Source: Octopus vulgaris (taxonomy: Eukaryota). From it: a stretch of DNA of 64,000 nt. Under the pieces are notes generated by a model. That model was not told the origin of the DNA and made no database searches. It was given only the letters and a program-made list of their open reading frames with translations. This document shows positions 25,590-38,185 of the stretch, piece by piece. Positions within the stretch are counted from its first letter, which is position 1. Each line of letters starts with the position of its first letter. The stretch is taken from positions 35,650,001-35,714,000 of the forward strand of contig OX597824.1 of the NCBI GenBank assembly GCA_951406725.2, written 5' to 3'. A program made the translations under genes and the position numbers.

Positions 25590-25847
25590 AAGCACGAACA
25601 CAAAAAGATTTTCGTCTAAGTATTATCCTCCTTTCAACTTCTACACCCTTTTCTTTTCCTTAACAGTTACAACAGCTCATTACGTCATTTTCTCTAAACT
25701 AGAATGTATAATTTTCACTTCCATATTACAATTTTTTGCGTTTCAACAATTTTTCTCCGTTTTTTTTATTCATTCTCAAATTTGATGGACATATAGCGGC
25801 ACGTAAGCCAACTCAGAAAATCTCTTGTGAGACTTTTATGTGTGTGT

Positions 25848-25880
<33 letters not shown>

Positions 25881-25938
25881 AAATTACTTGGAAATGGACG
25901 CGTGGTGTTTAGTCATATAATAATATAAATAATATATG

Positions 25939-26100
25939 GGCGCAGGAGTGGCTGTGTGGTAAGTAGCTTGCTAACCAACCACATGGTTCCGGGTTCAGTC
26001 CCACTGCGTGGCATCTTGGGCAAGTGTCTTCTGCTATAGCCCCGGGCCGACCAATGCCTTGTGAGTGGATTTGGTAGACGGAAACTGAAAGAAGCCTGTC

Positions 26101-26146
<46 letters not shown>

Positions 26147-26324
26147 GTGTGTATGTGTTTGTGCGTCTGTGTTTGTTCCCCTAGCATTGCTTGACAACCG
26201 ATGAATAAGTACTGGGCTTACAAAGAATAAAATCCCGGGGTCGATTTGCTCGACTAAAGGCGGTGCTCCAGCATGGCCGCAGTCAAATGACTGAAACAAG
26301 TAAAAAGAGTAAAAGAGTAAAGAG
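25939..26324 (+). mobile_element. SINE family A, young, with internal deletion
   Basis: GGCGCAGGAGTGGCTGTGTGGTAAG...GGTTCAGTCCC...tail (GTAAAAGA)n. Confidence 0.88.
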
Positions 26325-26379
26325 TATATGTGAATATATACATACATACATACATACATATATACATACATACATACAT

Positions 26380-26427
<48 letters not shown>

Positions 26428-26428
26428 G

Positions 26429-26465
<37 letters not shown>

Positions 26466-26467
26466 TT

Positions 26468-26796
26468 ATGGGTACAGGACGTCGCAAAACGTAAGCATGA
26501 AATACGAAAGCAACATGTAATACAAGGACAATCTTTTGTATGCGAATAACGAAAGAAACAAATGGGAAACAAGACATAAACAAACAACCCTTCATCAGTT
26601 GTCGGTCTTCCATCTACTCCTCATTTCGAGCAGTTAACGGCAATTGCTCGAAATGAGGAGTAAATGAACAGCCGACAAATGATGAAGGGTCGTTTTTACT
26701 TGTCTTGTTTTCCATTTGTTTCTCTCGTTGTTCGCATACAAAAAACTTTGTCTTCGTATATCGTATTGTTTATGTTTTGTGACGTCCTGTACTCAT
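26468..26796. repeat. Imperfect inverted repeat (arms about 165 bp), fold-back of a PLE-type tail
   Basis: GTACAGGACGTC...CCTCATTTCGAGCA / TGCTCGAAATGAGG...GACGTCCTGTAC; related single arms at 22808-22950 (+) and 38258-38430 (-). Confidence 0.85.
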
Positions 26797-26984
26797 ATAT
26801 GCGTATATACATATATATATATGTATTTACATATATGTATATATATATATTATTTATATTATTATTATCATTTTATAGTACTAGTAATTATTCTATCGGA
26901 CACTTTTGCCGAACCGCTAAGTCACGGGGACGTAAACTCACCAACAAAGGTTGTCAAGCGATGATGAGAGAACAAACACAGACA

Positions 26985-27035
<51 letters not shown>

Positions 27036-27115
27036 ATATATATATAAATATGTGTGTGTGTGTGTGTGTGTTTACGACGGTCCTCTTTCTGTTTCCATAT
27101 ATATATAATATATAC

Positions 27116-27745
27116 ATTGGGTCACCACACAAATAATACAGTTATTTTATACTTCTTTTAATTTTCAAAATTACGATAAAGTTTTTTTTTGCTCTAAAAT
27201 ATACTCTCCATTTTCTTCAACGCTCTTCCATTCACCTGATAGACTTTCAAGGCCCTTCTTCCAAAATTCACTTGTCCGTGACAAAAGTACTGACCTCGTG
27301 TACAGAATTCAATTTTTTTCCGTCCAAATGATTTGGAAGACTGCGGAATATATGATAATCAGATGGAGCAAAGTCCGACGAATATGGTGGGTGTGGCATC
27401 GTTTCCCATTCAAACTACGCCAATCGTTGACACTGGCTTACGGTTGTTGTCCGATCCCCATATACTGCATTAATATTCCCCGCACTTTCCTTTCCGTTGT
27501 TGCCTTTATTGAACACATAAAAGCAAAATATGCCGAATATGCTTCTTTGTCACTTCCATTATAACTTTTCCAAAATAAGTGTTAAAATCGAACTATACAC
27601 TCTTCAAAACTTGCACTAAGAATAAGGACAAGGTAAAACTACTACCTGCTTTTATAGCAAGATGATACAGGTAGTTAATCCCGACCCCACCCGACTTTTA
27701 GTTCATGCAATTGAAATAAACGCATTATTTATGGGATGATCCAAT
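27116..27745 (-). mobile_element. Internally deleted mariner with both TIRs
   Basis: TIRs ATTGGGTCACCACACAAATAATAC / ATTGGATCATCCCATAAATAATGC; MEVTKKHIRHILL...INAVYGDRT fused to EWETMPHPPYSSDFAPSDYHIFRSL (YSPDLAPxD motif)...FWKKGLESL. Confidence 0.9.
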
Positions 27746-27773
27746 ATATATGTATACACACACACACACACAC

Positions 27774-27856
<83 letters not shown>

Positions 27857-27939
27857 TATAATAGTCGATGAGAATGCATCGTAGCTCTTAGCTCCGGCAT
27901 TTGAAACTCTGAATCCTATTATGACTACTTACTGATTGT

Positions 27940-27993
<54 letters not shown>

Positions 27994-27995
27994 CA

Positions 27996-28039
<44 letters not shown>

Positions 28040-29014
28040 CGTAGGCGTTTGTTCGACCTGCTAGGAAAAGCAATTAAATGTCCGTAAAATTTTAGAAACA
28101 GACAGGACATTGAATAATACAATCCTGGATAACGCTTGCTTGAAAACAAGAAACAATGATCTCTATCTTATTCTAGGTCTGCTTGACTAGAGTCTCAACA
28201 TCAACATGTACCACGAGTGAATTGAAAATACCTCAGTCGCGAATCGAATCTCAGTTTATCTGCAACTTAACACCACCCTTCTCTACTGACATTAAGTAGA
28301 TGTAGCATAAGATGGTGTTAAGTAGATAAGGTATATCATATACTATATGGATATATCACCTTATAACATAACGAAAACCCCCCTTTTTTTAAAACTATGC
28401 TGTATCCATGTATTATGAATTTAGATTGGTGGAAGATTTAAAATAGGTCTTCTTGAAGTTATATTTCATGAACCCAAGGGGACGGATATTATCTTAGATC
28501 AGTTTCAACAATTCTGATGGTTTTGTTGTTAGAGTCACTTCTCAACTTAGCATTAATTTCATTCTTGGACAAAAGAGATATAAGTTAACGAAGTAAAAAC
28601 AGTTCAGACTTCAGCTTAAGTCAGTAAACTATAGCCTAATGCATGTTAGTCATGTTAGGAGAAAGGACGATGAAATTTCAAATCTAACATAGTAGATCGT
28701 TATGTGAGATGTTATCCAGATATTTTAGGTCAACTCTAGAGGGTCTGCCTTTTGAAAGAAGCACCAGAGATACCATTAATATTAGTATTTAGACATGGAA
28801 CAGATCAGATAGCCGAGCTGCTGCTGCTGTTGCCGCTGGATTTACATGACATTCAGTCAAAGATGCATGCGTTGTTTGTTTAGGGTGAGAAAATAAAAGA
28901 GTTGGTCGCCGCCAACGAAAGCCGATAGTTTACAAATGATTTATGATGGACTGTTCCTAAGGCCTTTGTAGAGTTTTAGCTGAGGAAACGCGCACTCTTG
29001 CTCTCTCGCTCTTT

Positions 29015-29160
29015 CTTTCTCTCTCCTCCACCCTCTCTCTCTCCTCCACCCTCTCTCTCTCCTCCACCCTCTCTCTCTCCTCCACCCTCTCTCTCTCCTC
29101 CACCCTCTCTCTCTCCTCCACCCTCTCTCTCTCCTCCACCCTCTCTCTCTCCTCCCTCTC
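29015..29160. repeat. 18-bp minisatellite (CTCTCTCTCTCCTCCACC) x about 7
   Basis: Direct inspection; source of the ERERVE and EREGGG ORFs. Confidence 0.9.
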
Positions 29161-29349
29161 TCTCTCTTCCATTCTCTTCTTTCTCTCCTCTTTCTCTCTC
29201 ACTTTCTCGCTCTCTCTCTCTGTCGCTCTCTCTTTCTCTCTTATGGCATTGCCTATCGGACAACATTCGGGTGCGCGTGAGAGTACTGTATGTATGTGCG
29301 TGTCTTTCTAAGTATCTATAATATCATCACGTTGATACAGGTGTGTCTG

Positions 29350-29402
<53 letters not shown>

Positions 29403-29612
29403 AGATAGAGGGAGGGATACATACTTGCGTACATACATACAGGCATACATACATACATACATACATACATACATACATACATACATACATACATACATAC
29501 CCTACAAACAAAATACCCTGTTATTGATGTTGAAATTCCAATGAAGGTTAGAAACCCGTTCTTTCTCTATTGGCAAGAAATCTTGAAATAAACGGAATAA
29601 TGACATACATAC

Positions 29613-29698
<86 letters not shown>

Positions 29699-30738
29699 GC
29701 ACACAAACACACTCGTAAATACAGTTGCACATATATATGTGCGCGCGAGTGCTTGTGTGTACGCGCAGGAGTGTATATATGGAAAAGTACTTCTATTAAA
29801 GCTGAAGACTGTTTTCCATTGAAGATTTTCCTATGACCTGTCTAACATTTTGAATTCTTTATGCATATTATTCCCTGAGTTAACGATTGCAAATGCCGTC
29901 AAATTCTGCTTCTTCGATTACTATCGCAAACAGCAGTAGCTTTCTTCAACCGAATACACGTCGTTGATTGGTTGAAATTACCCAAATACGACAACTTTAA
30001 CACGAAATAACTTCTAAAATAGGAAATTTTGTCAAAAACATTCAGAGTAAACCGAGTTCTATGTAACAAATTCTACCAGTATTCGAAGTTTTAAACTGTT
30101 TAGTTTTGAAAAATTAATTAAAAAATCTGGATTACTCAATATTTTCCCGAAGAGTACCTTTTGGTGGTGGTGGGGGGGGGGGGGATGATTGACAGCGACT
30201 TCGAAGTTTCGGTTTTACGAGCTGTTACCAGAGTCTCTCAAGACAACTGGTAAACCGAGATTTCAAAGTTATCAACAAACTTACCCTTGTAGAAATGAAT
30301 ATGTGTGTGTGTGTGTGTGTTTATATACAATCTTGCTGATATATTAAAATAATTAAGAAGTAATGAGAGTCTACAACAAGATTGTGTTTTCTTTTTATCT
30401 GTTACTACTAATCTGCCTTGCTGACAATTTCAACATAGTTTAAATATTTTTTTTTTGTTTTTTCTTGCAGTAATCCTACCGATCTTATCAGGACGGATTA
30501 CTTATCAATTTCGGAAACAAACACCATGTTATAATCAGGCCACCGAAGCTCTCTCACAGTAAGTATAAAAATATTCCTTCTCAAGCTACGCCCTAATAAC
30601 TTCTTTTAAAAACTTACTTTAGTTTCTCACCTTTACACACAAACGCACGCACTAACATTCACGCGCGCGCGGACACATATTTACATATACGCATAAATAT
30701 CTATACATTTGTAAACAGTTGTATCTATCAATGTACTA

Positions 30739-30781
<43 letters not shown>

Positions 30782-31089
30782 TATACATACATACATACAT
30801 ACATACATACATACATACATACATACATACATACATACATACATACATACATACATTTATATGCATATACACAGTTATACAGACATACATGAAATATTTT
30901 ATCTTTTACTTGTCTCTGTCATTATACTGCGGCCATGCTGGGCACTGCCCGAATTTTAGTTGAACGAATTGCTCCAGAGCTTATTATTTTTTTAAAATAT
31001 TCCTGGTGCTTATTCTATTGGTCTCTTTTGATAATTTACGGGGATGTAAACACACCAACACCGGTTGTCAAGCGATGTAGGGGACAACC

Positions 31090-31136
<47 letters not shown>

Positions 31137-31241
31137 GTAAGGTCTGAGGGTCTAGGTGATGGAAGTTAGTAAGCTTCGAGCAGTCCGTGGTAGGTATAAA
31201 AAACAACTTTCCGGAACCATAATAGTTTATTGGCGCGTGTG

Positions 31242-31289
<48 letters not shown>

Positions 31290-32072
31290 TACATGTATAT
31301 ACATTTATATGCACAGGCACATTTACACAGATATATGTAAATAAGATGTTGATTTAAAAAAAAAAAAAACAGAAACTTGTTCTGAAAAGATGGTAACCAC
31401 TTGATATGAAAATAATTATGATAAAATATGTTGCCCTTGCATTACCTACAGTTTATTATTGTTATTTCTTTATACGAGAAAATATTTCTGATTTAGCAGC
31501 TGTACTACTTTTGCAGTCACCAAATGTGCCAAAATTATTGCCCAACAAATAAATACTGTAGAACACATCAAAGATGATCCAAGCATCAGAAAACACCTGT
31601 TAATTCGTAAACCTTCATTTAGTCGACTCAATGATAGGATTTTTTGCAGTGGGGCTAGTTAGAAAAAGCAGACAAAAATTACTGTAAAATACATTAGGAA
31701 ATATAGTCCTAAAAACGTATGGTTGTAACATGGTTAGTCGTAAGTCTGCCTAGAGTTAAACAACAACGACTCGCACTCACTTGTAATCTATATCATAGGA
31801 TGCAAGTGTTGTGACAGAAATTTCCTTCTAACGCTAGCTGTCTTTCACTCACTCCCAGCTGTTAGATGACCGTTGACTTCATTGAGATCATTTGCCCTTT
31901 GGCAGACATGGTTTGCCGACTTGCAGGTTACCGAACGAAAACCGCTCTCCTTACTAAGCAGACTTAGTAGGGTTACCATTTTAGTTGCTTGAGCCCAACC
32001 ACATGACAGGTTGACCTGGGTTACATATTACCAGCAGCACTAAGGACTAAGGACCTAACAGGGCTTTCATAG

Positions 32073-32109
<37 letters not shown>

Positions 32110-32677
32110 CATACATACATACATACATACATACATACATACATACATACATACATACATACATACATGCTTACAGACAGAAAGACAGACAGACGCATGT
32201 TCATACTTGCATACTCTCATATATACACGCATGCATATAAAGGTATATTTTTAAGCAATTCGCAAATTGACAAGTCATTTCGAAATGTAAACAAAAATAT
32301 TATTCCAAAGTTTACGAAAGAGGAGTTTGAAAGGAATAACCAATTTGCAATTATCTTTACATGTATCTTTCTTTTTTATTACAAATGTCTCATTTTCTAC
32401 AATACCACCTTCGTAAATTAACACCAGGTTTTTTGAGAAATGAAAACAGAAATCTATGATAATGGTGTTTAATAACAAGCATTTAAGCATTTACTTATTC
32501 GTTTATTTTCGTACGTACCTGGTTTCATTTTTATTTCTTTTTCGATCCTCCAGTTATATATTCTTAAAGCAAAAGATTATTATATTGTTAATGCTTTTTC
32601 CCCACCTAAAACAGCCCTCAACGTATTCTTTGTGCGCGTATGTATGTGCGCGCTCGTGTGTGTGTGTGAGAGAGAGA

Positions 32678-32746
<69 letters not shown>

Positions 32747-33291
32747 AATGTAGGTGAACAGACACGAATATATACACATACATTTACACTTATGAATACA
32801 TCATAAAAGAGAACATATGAATTCTGGCCAAAGTTTGCAAATTTCTCATATTTTGACTGTTTATATTTCTATGCAATTTTTCTTTTTTCTTATCGAGAAC
32901 ATGTCTAGAGCATCTCCTATTGAATTACAGAAATGTCTCGTAATATTAATATTCTTTAAGTATATTATGATGTATTCCAGGAGCCTCTTGCAATGTGCTT
33001 TATTTTTTGTTTTAAATACAGACACACAAACGCACATGCAAATAAGACATGCGCCCTCACATCGAAATACTTCATATAAATTGCTGGCTATATGAACATT
33101 TTAGAAATATCTCATAACAGCTATACAGAAATATCTTGAAATATATTCTCAAAACATTTCTTAACATCATAATTTCCCGAAAACCTGTAATATTAACGTT
33201 TGCCTGCAAAAACTTACTATTCAATCTTGTAATCTCAATAAATAAATGCATTTATTACGAAAACCTCTTTTTTGCATTTTACTGCAAATAT

Positions 33292-33502
33292 TGATTTCAA
33301 ATTTCGGCACAAGGTCTGCAATTTTGAGAGAGGTAGGTCGATTACACCGACCCCAGTACGCAAATGGCACTTATTTTATCGACCTCAAAAGGATGAAAGG
33401 CAAAGTCGACCTTGGCGGAATCTGAACTCAGAATGTAAAGACGGACGAAATACCGCTAAGCATTTTACCCAGCGTGCTAACGATTCTGCCAACTCACCGC
33501 CT
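33292..33502 (-). mobile_element. SINE family B, older subfamily, with 16-bp TSD
   Basis: TTTTACTGCAAATATT on both sides. Confidence 0.85.
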
Positions 33503-33732
33503 TTTTTACTGCAAATATTTTTAAAAAATAACTCTACAATTTCTGTGCCAGAATGGTTTGTAATAAGTGGGCAAATACTAACAAATCCCATATCAGAAAT
33601 ATATATAAAATATCACAACCCTCTAGTGTGGTTATATCTTATCTACTTTCTGTCTGACATTGCAATATAAAGTGCAGAGAAATATGCGCCATTTTTTCTG
33701 AATAAATTACGTTGAATATTAAGTAGATTTAA

Positions 33733-33948
33733 GGCAGTCGGCTGGCAGAATCGTTAGCATTGCTGGGCAAAATGCTTAGCGGCATTTTGTCCGACTTTAC
33801 GTTCTGAATCCAAATTCTCCCGGGACTGACTTTACTTTTCATTCTTTTCGGGAGTCGATAAAACAAGTATCAGTTGAACACTAGAGTTGATGTAATCGAA
33901 CAGCCCCCTCCCTGAAATAGCTGGCCTTGTGTCTAAATTTGAATCCAC
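33733..33948 (+). mobile_element. SINE family B, older subfamily, with 16-bp TSD
   Basis: TATTAAGTAGATTTAA at 33717-33732 and 33949-33964. Confidence 0.85.
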
Positions 33949-34034
33949 TATTAAGTAGATTTAATAAGACGCAATCTACTATTATTATACCTTCTGTTTG
34001 CAAATTCATTTATGTTTCACTTACTATATAATTT

Positions 34035-34235
34035 TACTGGCACCCCGTCGGTTACGACGATGAGTGTTCCAGATCATCACTCTACTGGCACGCGTACCCT
34101 TAACATATTTCTCAGGGAGATTCAGCGTCACACAGAATGTGACAAGGCGACCCCTTAGAATTACATGCACTGCTAATTTTTGCCAACTGAATGAACTGAA
34201 GCAACGTGAAATAAAGTGTCTTGCTCAAAGACAAA
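34035..34235 (-). mobile_element. SINE family C, 3' part
   Basis: CCGTCGGTTACGACGA...GCAACGTGAAATAAAGTGTCTTGCTCAA. Confidence 0.7.
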
Positions 34236-34619
34236 ACGTGTGTGAGTGTATCTGTGTGTGTGCATGTTTGTGTGTGTGTGTGTGTGTGTTTGTGTGTCTA
34301 CGTATGATATGTTATACATGTGTCGTATACCATGTATAGTACATATTTATATATGTAAGTCAGTGGCGTTTCCTGCATAATTGCAAGGCATGCAATGCAT
34401 GCTATGTATGCCTAAATTACACAAATGAAATCAGATTTTAATATAAATCTTTATTTTTTATGAACTTTGCTGGAAAAACAATGTGTGTGTATATGTGTGT
34501 GTGTGCGTGTGTGTGTGTGTGTGCGTGTGCGTGTGTGTGCGCGTGTGCGTGTGTGTGTGTGTGTTACGTGTATCCTATTTCAACTATATATCCCTTTGAG
34601 TTCTAAAATTACCAAGAAT

Positions 34620-35610
34620 CACACCTGATGGGTGTACGTAAGTTTCTTTGTATAAACGTTCTCTTCAGTTTCTAATTATTTAAAATCTTCCACTGAGGAA
34701 CGAATGGTTTTTGACAAAAGTACAAAGCTCCGTCGTAGGAATGTAAATAAAAAACAAATTCACATTTAAATTTCAGAAAAGTCTTTCATAAATTTACTGT
34801 TCCACTTAACAGATTGTATTTGTAATGCGTGAATAAGCTGGTTGACCACTCACAAAACCAAGTGCACCAATTGTCATTGGTGTAAACGTGAATTTCATAA
34901 TCTTGGTACAGAAGATGGAGGTTTCGCACCAGTTGTCCGTAGTTATCCTCTTTCTCTTTGATTTTCAAAGAGTATTCACATCAACAGGACAGCTGATTTC
35001 TATGACGGTACAAAATTCCTCGTCTGCCTCAAAGAACAATATCCGGCGTGTTATGTTTACATGCAGCAGATATTTTGATGAGGATGTCCCACCAGTTTTC
35101 TTTGTGTTGATGTTTGTATATGTAATCAATAACAAGGGGTATTCTCCATGTTTATTATACGACAATTTTTTAAATTTCGAATGGCATTGTATATTATTTT
35201 TGCGACAATGACGTATCGCATAGGCAGGTAGAACTTGATGACATTTTGGAGCAGCTGTTAATTATATGTGTGATGTCTTCCACAGAAATATGATATAATC
35301 TACATTTTCGGTTGTCTCTTGATGCTCCAAGGGCTTCAATATATCTTTTGTGTACTTGGCATTTCGTAGCAATCTCTTGTTTTGGGATTGCAAATGCATA
35401 ACCTTCGAAGTGTTGATGTGATGTAGTAGTCACGAGTCCAAGAAAGATTGCATATTACGTCGCTACTGCTGTCTTCTTCATGTCTTCGGGAAACATACCC
35501 ATGCACAGATTCTTTTTGGTATGCTGAGCGTTTCAGGTCTTCTTTGAGTGTTTTGGGGGTTGTATGGGAAATCACCTGGAAGAGAGTGCTTTCTGAAGAG
35601 TTCACTACCG
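34620..35610 (-). pseudogene. RLE non-LTR retrotransposon (R4/Dong-like) 3' end: zinc knuckle plus restriction-like endonuclease
   Basis: Frameshifted KESVHGY...FEGYAFAIPKQEIATK...KCRLYHISVEDITHIINSC (CCHC relic)...CTVIEISCPVDVN...KIKEKEDNYGQL...IGALG...SGTV...KTFLKF. Confidence 0.82.
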
Positions 35611-36106
35611 ATGTATGTATGCATGCATGCATGTATGTATGTATGTATGTATGTATGTATGTATGTATGTATGTATGTATGTATGTATGCATGCATGTAT
35701 GTATGTATGTATGTATGTATGTATGTATGTATGTATGTATGTATGTATGTATGTATGTATGCATGTATGTATGTATGTATGTATGTATGTATGTATGTAT
35801 GTGTATGTATATAACCTATCTACTTTAATACTGAATTTACGCTTTTCGTTGTCTATAAATATTTATACATGTTGAATGTGTATATGTGCACAATCTCACA
35901 AGTTTGCGCGTATATTGTCTTATATATAAGAAAAGGTAAGCATAAATGTAAAATTAGGTGTTCAATTAGGTATTACATTAACTTGCTGAGTTCTATGAGA
36001 AGCGTGGAGTGTGCGAAATGTACGGATCGTTTAAGGTGGTCACTTATACACGTGTGTGTCCTGTACTTGAAGGTGTATTAGGTTTAAGGAAAAGAGATTA
36101 CTAATT

Positions 36107-36438
36107 GCAGCGTGGAAGGTGTTTATAAGCCATTTAAGAAACACACAAAAGCCGTTCGATTCACTTCAACATTTAAGTTTAATTTGTCAAAATATTTTCG
36201 TCGCTATATGACCGCGACCTGTTCACTGACAAAAAGATGCAGCACGGATTTTTGTCAGTGAAGAGGTCGAGGTCTTATAGCGACGAAAATATTTTGACAA
36301 ATTAAACTTAAATGTTGAAGTGAATCGAACGGCTTTTGTGTGTTTCTTAAATGGCTTACAAACACCTTCCACGCTGCAATTGTTTTCGTTCCAGCACACG
36401 ATCTCAGATCAAATCACTTGCTATGCAAGTACATCTCC
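36107..36438 (+). mobile_element. Fold-back PLE-type mini-element: inverted arms of about 130 bp plus a 57-bp 3' extension, 13-bp TSD
   Basis: Arms 36103-36235 / 36249-36381; TSD GAGATTACTAATT at 36094-36106 and 36439-36451; each arm carries a hammerhead fold. Confidence 0.85.
36184..36232 (-). ncRNA. Minimal type-I hammerhead-like fold with G3-C8 core (GUGAACA)
   Basis: UUGUCA-GUGAACA-G-GUCGC(GGUCAUAUA)GCGAC-GAA-AAUAUU-U-UGACAA. Confidence 0.65.
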
Positions 36439-37004
36439 GAGATTACTAATTTGGGTTTCACAAAAGGCGCCTTCAGACCTGCGCTACGTCAGTGATAGAA
36501 TCTGCAAGATGGAGCAATACCCATGGCCTTCACTGTTCTTCACAGGCCGATGAGAATGATAGCATGAATATTCCTCTTGCAGGAAAGATATGAAGTGGTG
36601 GGGAATTCCAGTAAGTGAATGACTCAGGGAAAGGACTGGACTTTCGAGCCATACATATGCTTCTATTTCTATTTATTTATGCATTTGTGCGTATATGGAT
36701 GTTTGTGCGCGCGCATGCACTCGTGCTTAAAGATAAGTATTTATGATCGTGCGTGCTTTATTTTAAAACTATCGACGTATGAGACCCGACTTTACCTTCA
36801 TCTAGAACTCTTTTTGCGAATATACTTCCGTTTCTAAATATTAACTTGTTTATGAAATGTGTTTATGTGTTGAAAATTTTTAGCTTTATTTTTATTTTTG
36901 CTTCTGTATATAAATATTCATGTAGAATGCATTGGTATATATGTGTATGCTTGTATGTGTCTGCGTATACATGTACAATATATATATATATATATACCAT
37001 TCAG

Positions 37005-37206
37005 AATGTGACCGCGTGTGTACCGTTGGCGATTTTTTTCCTCTGTCTTCCCTTCTCTGGATCTTTCCTTCTCCTATGTTTCTGACGAAGAGCTCCGCTC
37101 GAAACGTTAAATGCTCTTTCTTTCCTTCTTTCCTGAGCGTCCAATAATACTATATTTGTTCCACGTCTTCGCGTTGTTGTGTTTTTTTCTGCTTTCTTGT
37201 TTGGAT

Positions 37207-37212
<6 letters not shown>
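37005..37212 (+). mobile_element. Solo PLE 3' tail with canonical minimal hammerhead
   Basis: GTTT-CTGACGA-A-GAGC(TCC)GCTC-GAAACGT-T-AAAT at 37078-37112; ends TTAAC|(TA)n. Confidence 0.8.
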
Positions 37213-37251
<39 letters not shown>

Positions 37252-37469
37252 GCATGCACATTTCTATGCACGCATTAATAGACACGTAAGCAAAGAATTA
37301 ACACGTAACCACACTTCGTATAGACGCGCACGCATGCGCACACGCACATGTGGGTATGTTTGTAGATATGCATGACGATTAAAGAGAGAGTGTGGGACTG
37401 ACAGGATTTATACATTTATAGATATGGAGGCAGACAAAAATATAATGAATATACGTATATTCGAACAAT

Positions 37470-37660
37470 GCTGAGCGGTATTTCGTCTGCCGTTACGTTC
37501 TGAGTTCAAATTCCGCCGAGGTCGACTTTGCCTTTCAACCTTTCGGGGTCGATAAATTAAGTACCAGTCATGCACTGGAGTCGATGTAATCAACTTAATC
37601 CCTTTGTCTGTTCCTGTTTGTCCCCTCTATGTTTAGCCCCTTGTGGGCAATAAAGAAATA
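37470..37660 (+). mobile_element. 5'-truncated SINE B with 11-bp TSD, directly upstream of another SINE-B head (37672-37745)
   Basis: TATTCGAACAA on both sides. Confidence 0.82.
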
Positions 37661-38151
37661 TATTCGAACAAAGGTAGCGAGCTGGCAGAATCGTTGGTAC
37701 GCCGGGAAAAATGCTTAGTAGCATTTGGTCTGTATTTACGTTATAAGTTCTGTTGTTCCGGTAAACATGGACCAAACCCACTTTCCCCTATGCAGGTCTT
37801 CATTAATTTTTTACACTAATTATTATTAAGCCTTAATTACTTTTGTTCTCATTATTACTATAGTCTCCATTAATGAATTTATTTTTTTCGTCTCGCCATC
37901 GGCACTTAACTATATGTTCTACATGCAGAAGGCTATGGGGAAACTTTTTAAATGTCACTGTGTATTATATAGTTTACACTCAAACAAACACACAGAGGGC
38001 AAATGCGTAGTGTGTGTGTGTGCGCGCGCGCGTGCACGTATATACACATATGCGTGTGTGTGTGTGCGTGTCGGTGTCTGTGTGTATGTGTGTGTGTGTG
38101 TGTATGTGTGTGTGTATGTATACATACATATATATACATATGTTTTATTTA

Positions 38152-38185
<34 letters not shown>

